Positions 62,701 through 64,000 of a stretch of DNA of 64,000 nucleotides are shown here, piece by piece. This DNA comes from Takakia lepidozioides (Eukaryota > Plantae > Bryophyta). The position numbers and the translations under genes were made by a program. The notes under the pieces were generated by a model, which saw nothing but the letters and a program-made list of their open reading frames with translations, was not told where the DNA came from and ran no database searches. The stretch covers positions 19,344,001 to 19,408,000 of the forward strand of contig CM060732.1 of the NCBI GenBank assembly GCA_030704615.1, written 5' to 3'. Positions within the stretch are counted from its first letter, which is position 1; every line of letters starts with the position of its first letter.

Positions 62701-64000
62701 TTTGCGCTTTGAAACATGAGATTTAATGATTTTGTTGTCCTGTTTTCTCAGCTGGGACCCAAGACCTGCTTGTCTAGTACCCAAGTCAACTTCAGACCTG
62801 CTGCATGAACGTCTTTCCCCCCAAGTGGGGCATATGCCAGTAGTAATACAACCTTGTTTATCCATTGTGCAGATCCCCTTCGCCATTCTGCCTATTGGTG
62901 AGCTAGAAGGGAGTGTCAATGTGTCCTTGACATCCTGAGAACATTCAATTGGCTGCTGTAGCTCCTCAGGCAGCGCACTTTTTTCCCTTTTGATCTGGGG
63001 AGCACCTGAGGCAGGTACACACACCGATCAATGTCTTTCGTCACCACCATTCCATTTGCACAACACCCTTCCCAAGCTGCTGTTTTTCAATCTGAGTAGG
63101 ATATATGTGGAGTATGCAATACTCATTCCAAAGACATCAAGAAGCGCTTATCTCTTTCTGAAAGAAAAAAAAATCAGCTGAGGCACCTTGTAGCTGTTCA
63201 GAGCATGCAATTTCAACCTACAGCCATATACATACCAATTTTGAATTTGGGGTTCTTCATCAAGTTCTAGGAAGAAAAGATGTGTGAGTATCTGTCCCCA
63301 CCTTTCAACCAAATCGGCACAGACTCACTGGATGGCTCAGTCATTGTCTTGCTTGCACTTCTGCACCCAATAGGATAATAAATATCATATCCTGTACGGG
63401 GTTATTATGAGGAGGGCAAGTAGTTGGTAGATTTGCCTTCATGTCAAGCATAGGTATGGTCCTTCTTAGTACAAATACATGGGCCTGAATGGCAGTGCAT
63501 TCTGAGTGACTCCCCATTGCTTCCCTTGGACCATGACTATCGTTGGCTGCCTTTCCCCTCACCTGCTGCTACAGCCTGGTCAGAAAAGGCTCAACATCTG
63601 AGGTGTATTGTTGAAAGTTGTTTGACAAATAACCTTGCTATATATGAATTACTCTAACTTTCCTCCTCCAGCTTTTGGAGATGTATCAAGGTATTGACAC
63701 AATGGGAGTTTTACCGTATATGAAGAAGTAAGATAGGGAAACTTGAGAATCTCACCTACCCCGCTGCTCCAGTGCACAGTGTGCATAAGAAAGTGGAAGA
63801 CTGGCCACCACTGTAGAACTGTTTAGGTCTATGCCACCTGGGCCCTCCAAAATTTGTACAGCAAGCCCCTCACCAGCCTCCTCCAGCAAGGGAATTTTGT
63901 CATCAAATGCAGTCACAGGCATGACCGAAGCCTGGATGTCCTGGGAGCTTGGAGGCAGCAAGCTGGATATATGCAAAGAGGGTGAGGCACAAGGTGCTCT
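56740..64000 (-). CDS. KATNIP: Katanin-interacting protein (KIAA0556/DUF4457 repeats), 3' portion; runs off the window end
   Basis: Repeated DUF4457 motifs (S/D)TW(G/A)D.HY(V/M)GL, RT(V/L)DKL.D....T.DD.H(M/V)WL, WNYNKS...RG and WNYSKTPARGVREFE across minus-strand exons (e.g. 61751-63010, 61231-61550, 60374-60720, 59887-60170, 58153-58290, 57690-57770). The stop is at 56740. Confidence 0.9.

Overview
This is intron-rich nuclear DNA from a land plant. A ciliary KATNIP gene, a PLS-type PPR fragment and a GASA gene suggest a plant with flagellated sperm, such as a bryophyte, lycophyte or fern (inference). Host genes are an AHK5-like hybrid histidine kinase (5.5-16.1 kb, +), a frameshifted EXT1-like GT47 exostosin (43-44.2 kb), a bacterial-type RNase HII (49.3-51.6 kb), a GASA/Snakin peptide (54.0-55.5 kb) and the 3' part of KATNIP (56.7-64 kb, -). 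The rest is a nest of mobile DNA: a truncated LINE, Ty3/gypsy remnants, a pogo remnant, a 5.2-kb Pack-CACTA, a Harbinger-type MITE, a piggyBac-like TTAA element and SINE-like repeats. The most notable region, 21.8-30.4 kb, holds two adjacent DNA-methyltransferase-encoding units. One is a spliced but decayed gene fusing a ParB/Srx-like domain to a prokaryote-type beta-class amino (N6A/N4C) methyltransferase. The other is a gypsy polyprotein with a C5 DNA methyltransferase C-terminus in frame with RT-RNaseH-integrase. All calls come from reading motifs by eye; no searches were run.
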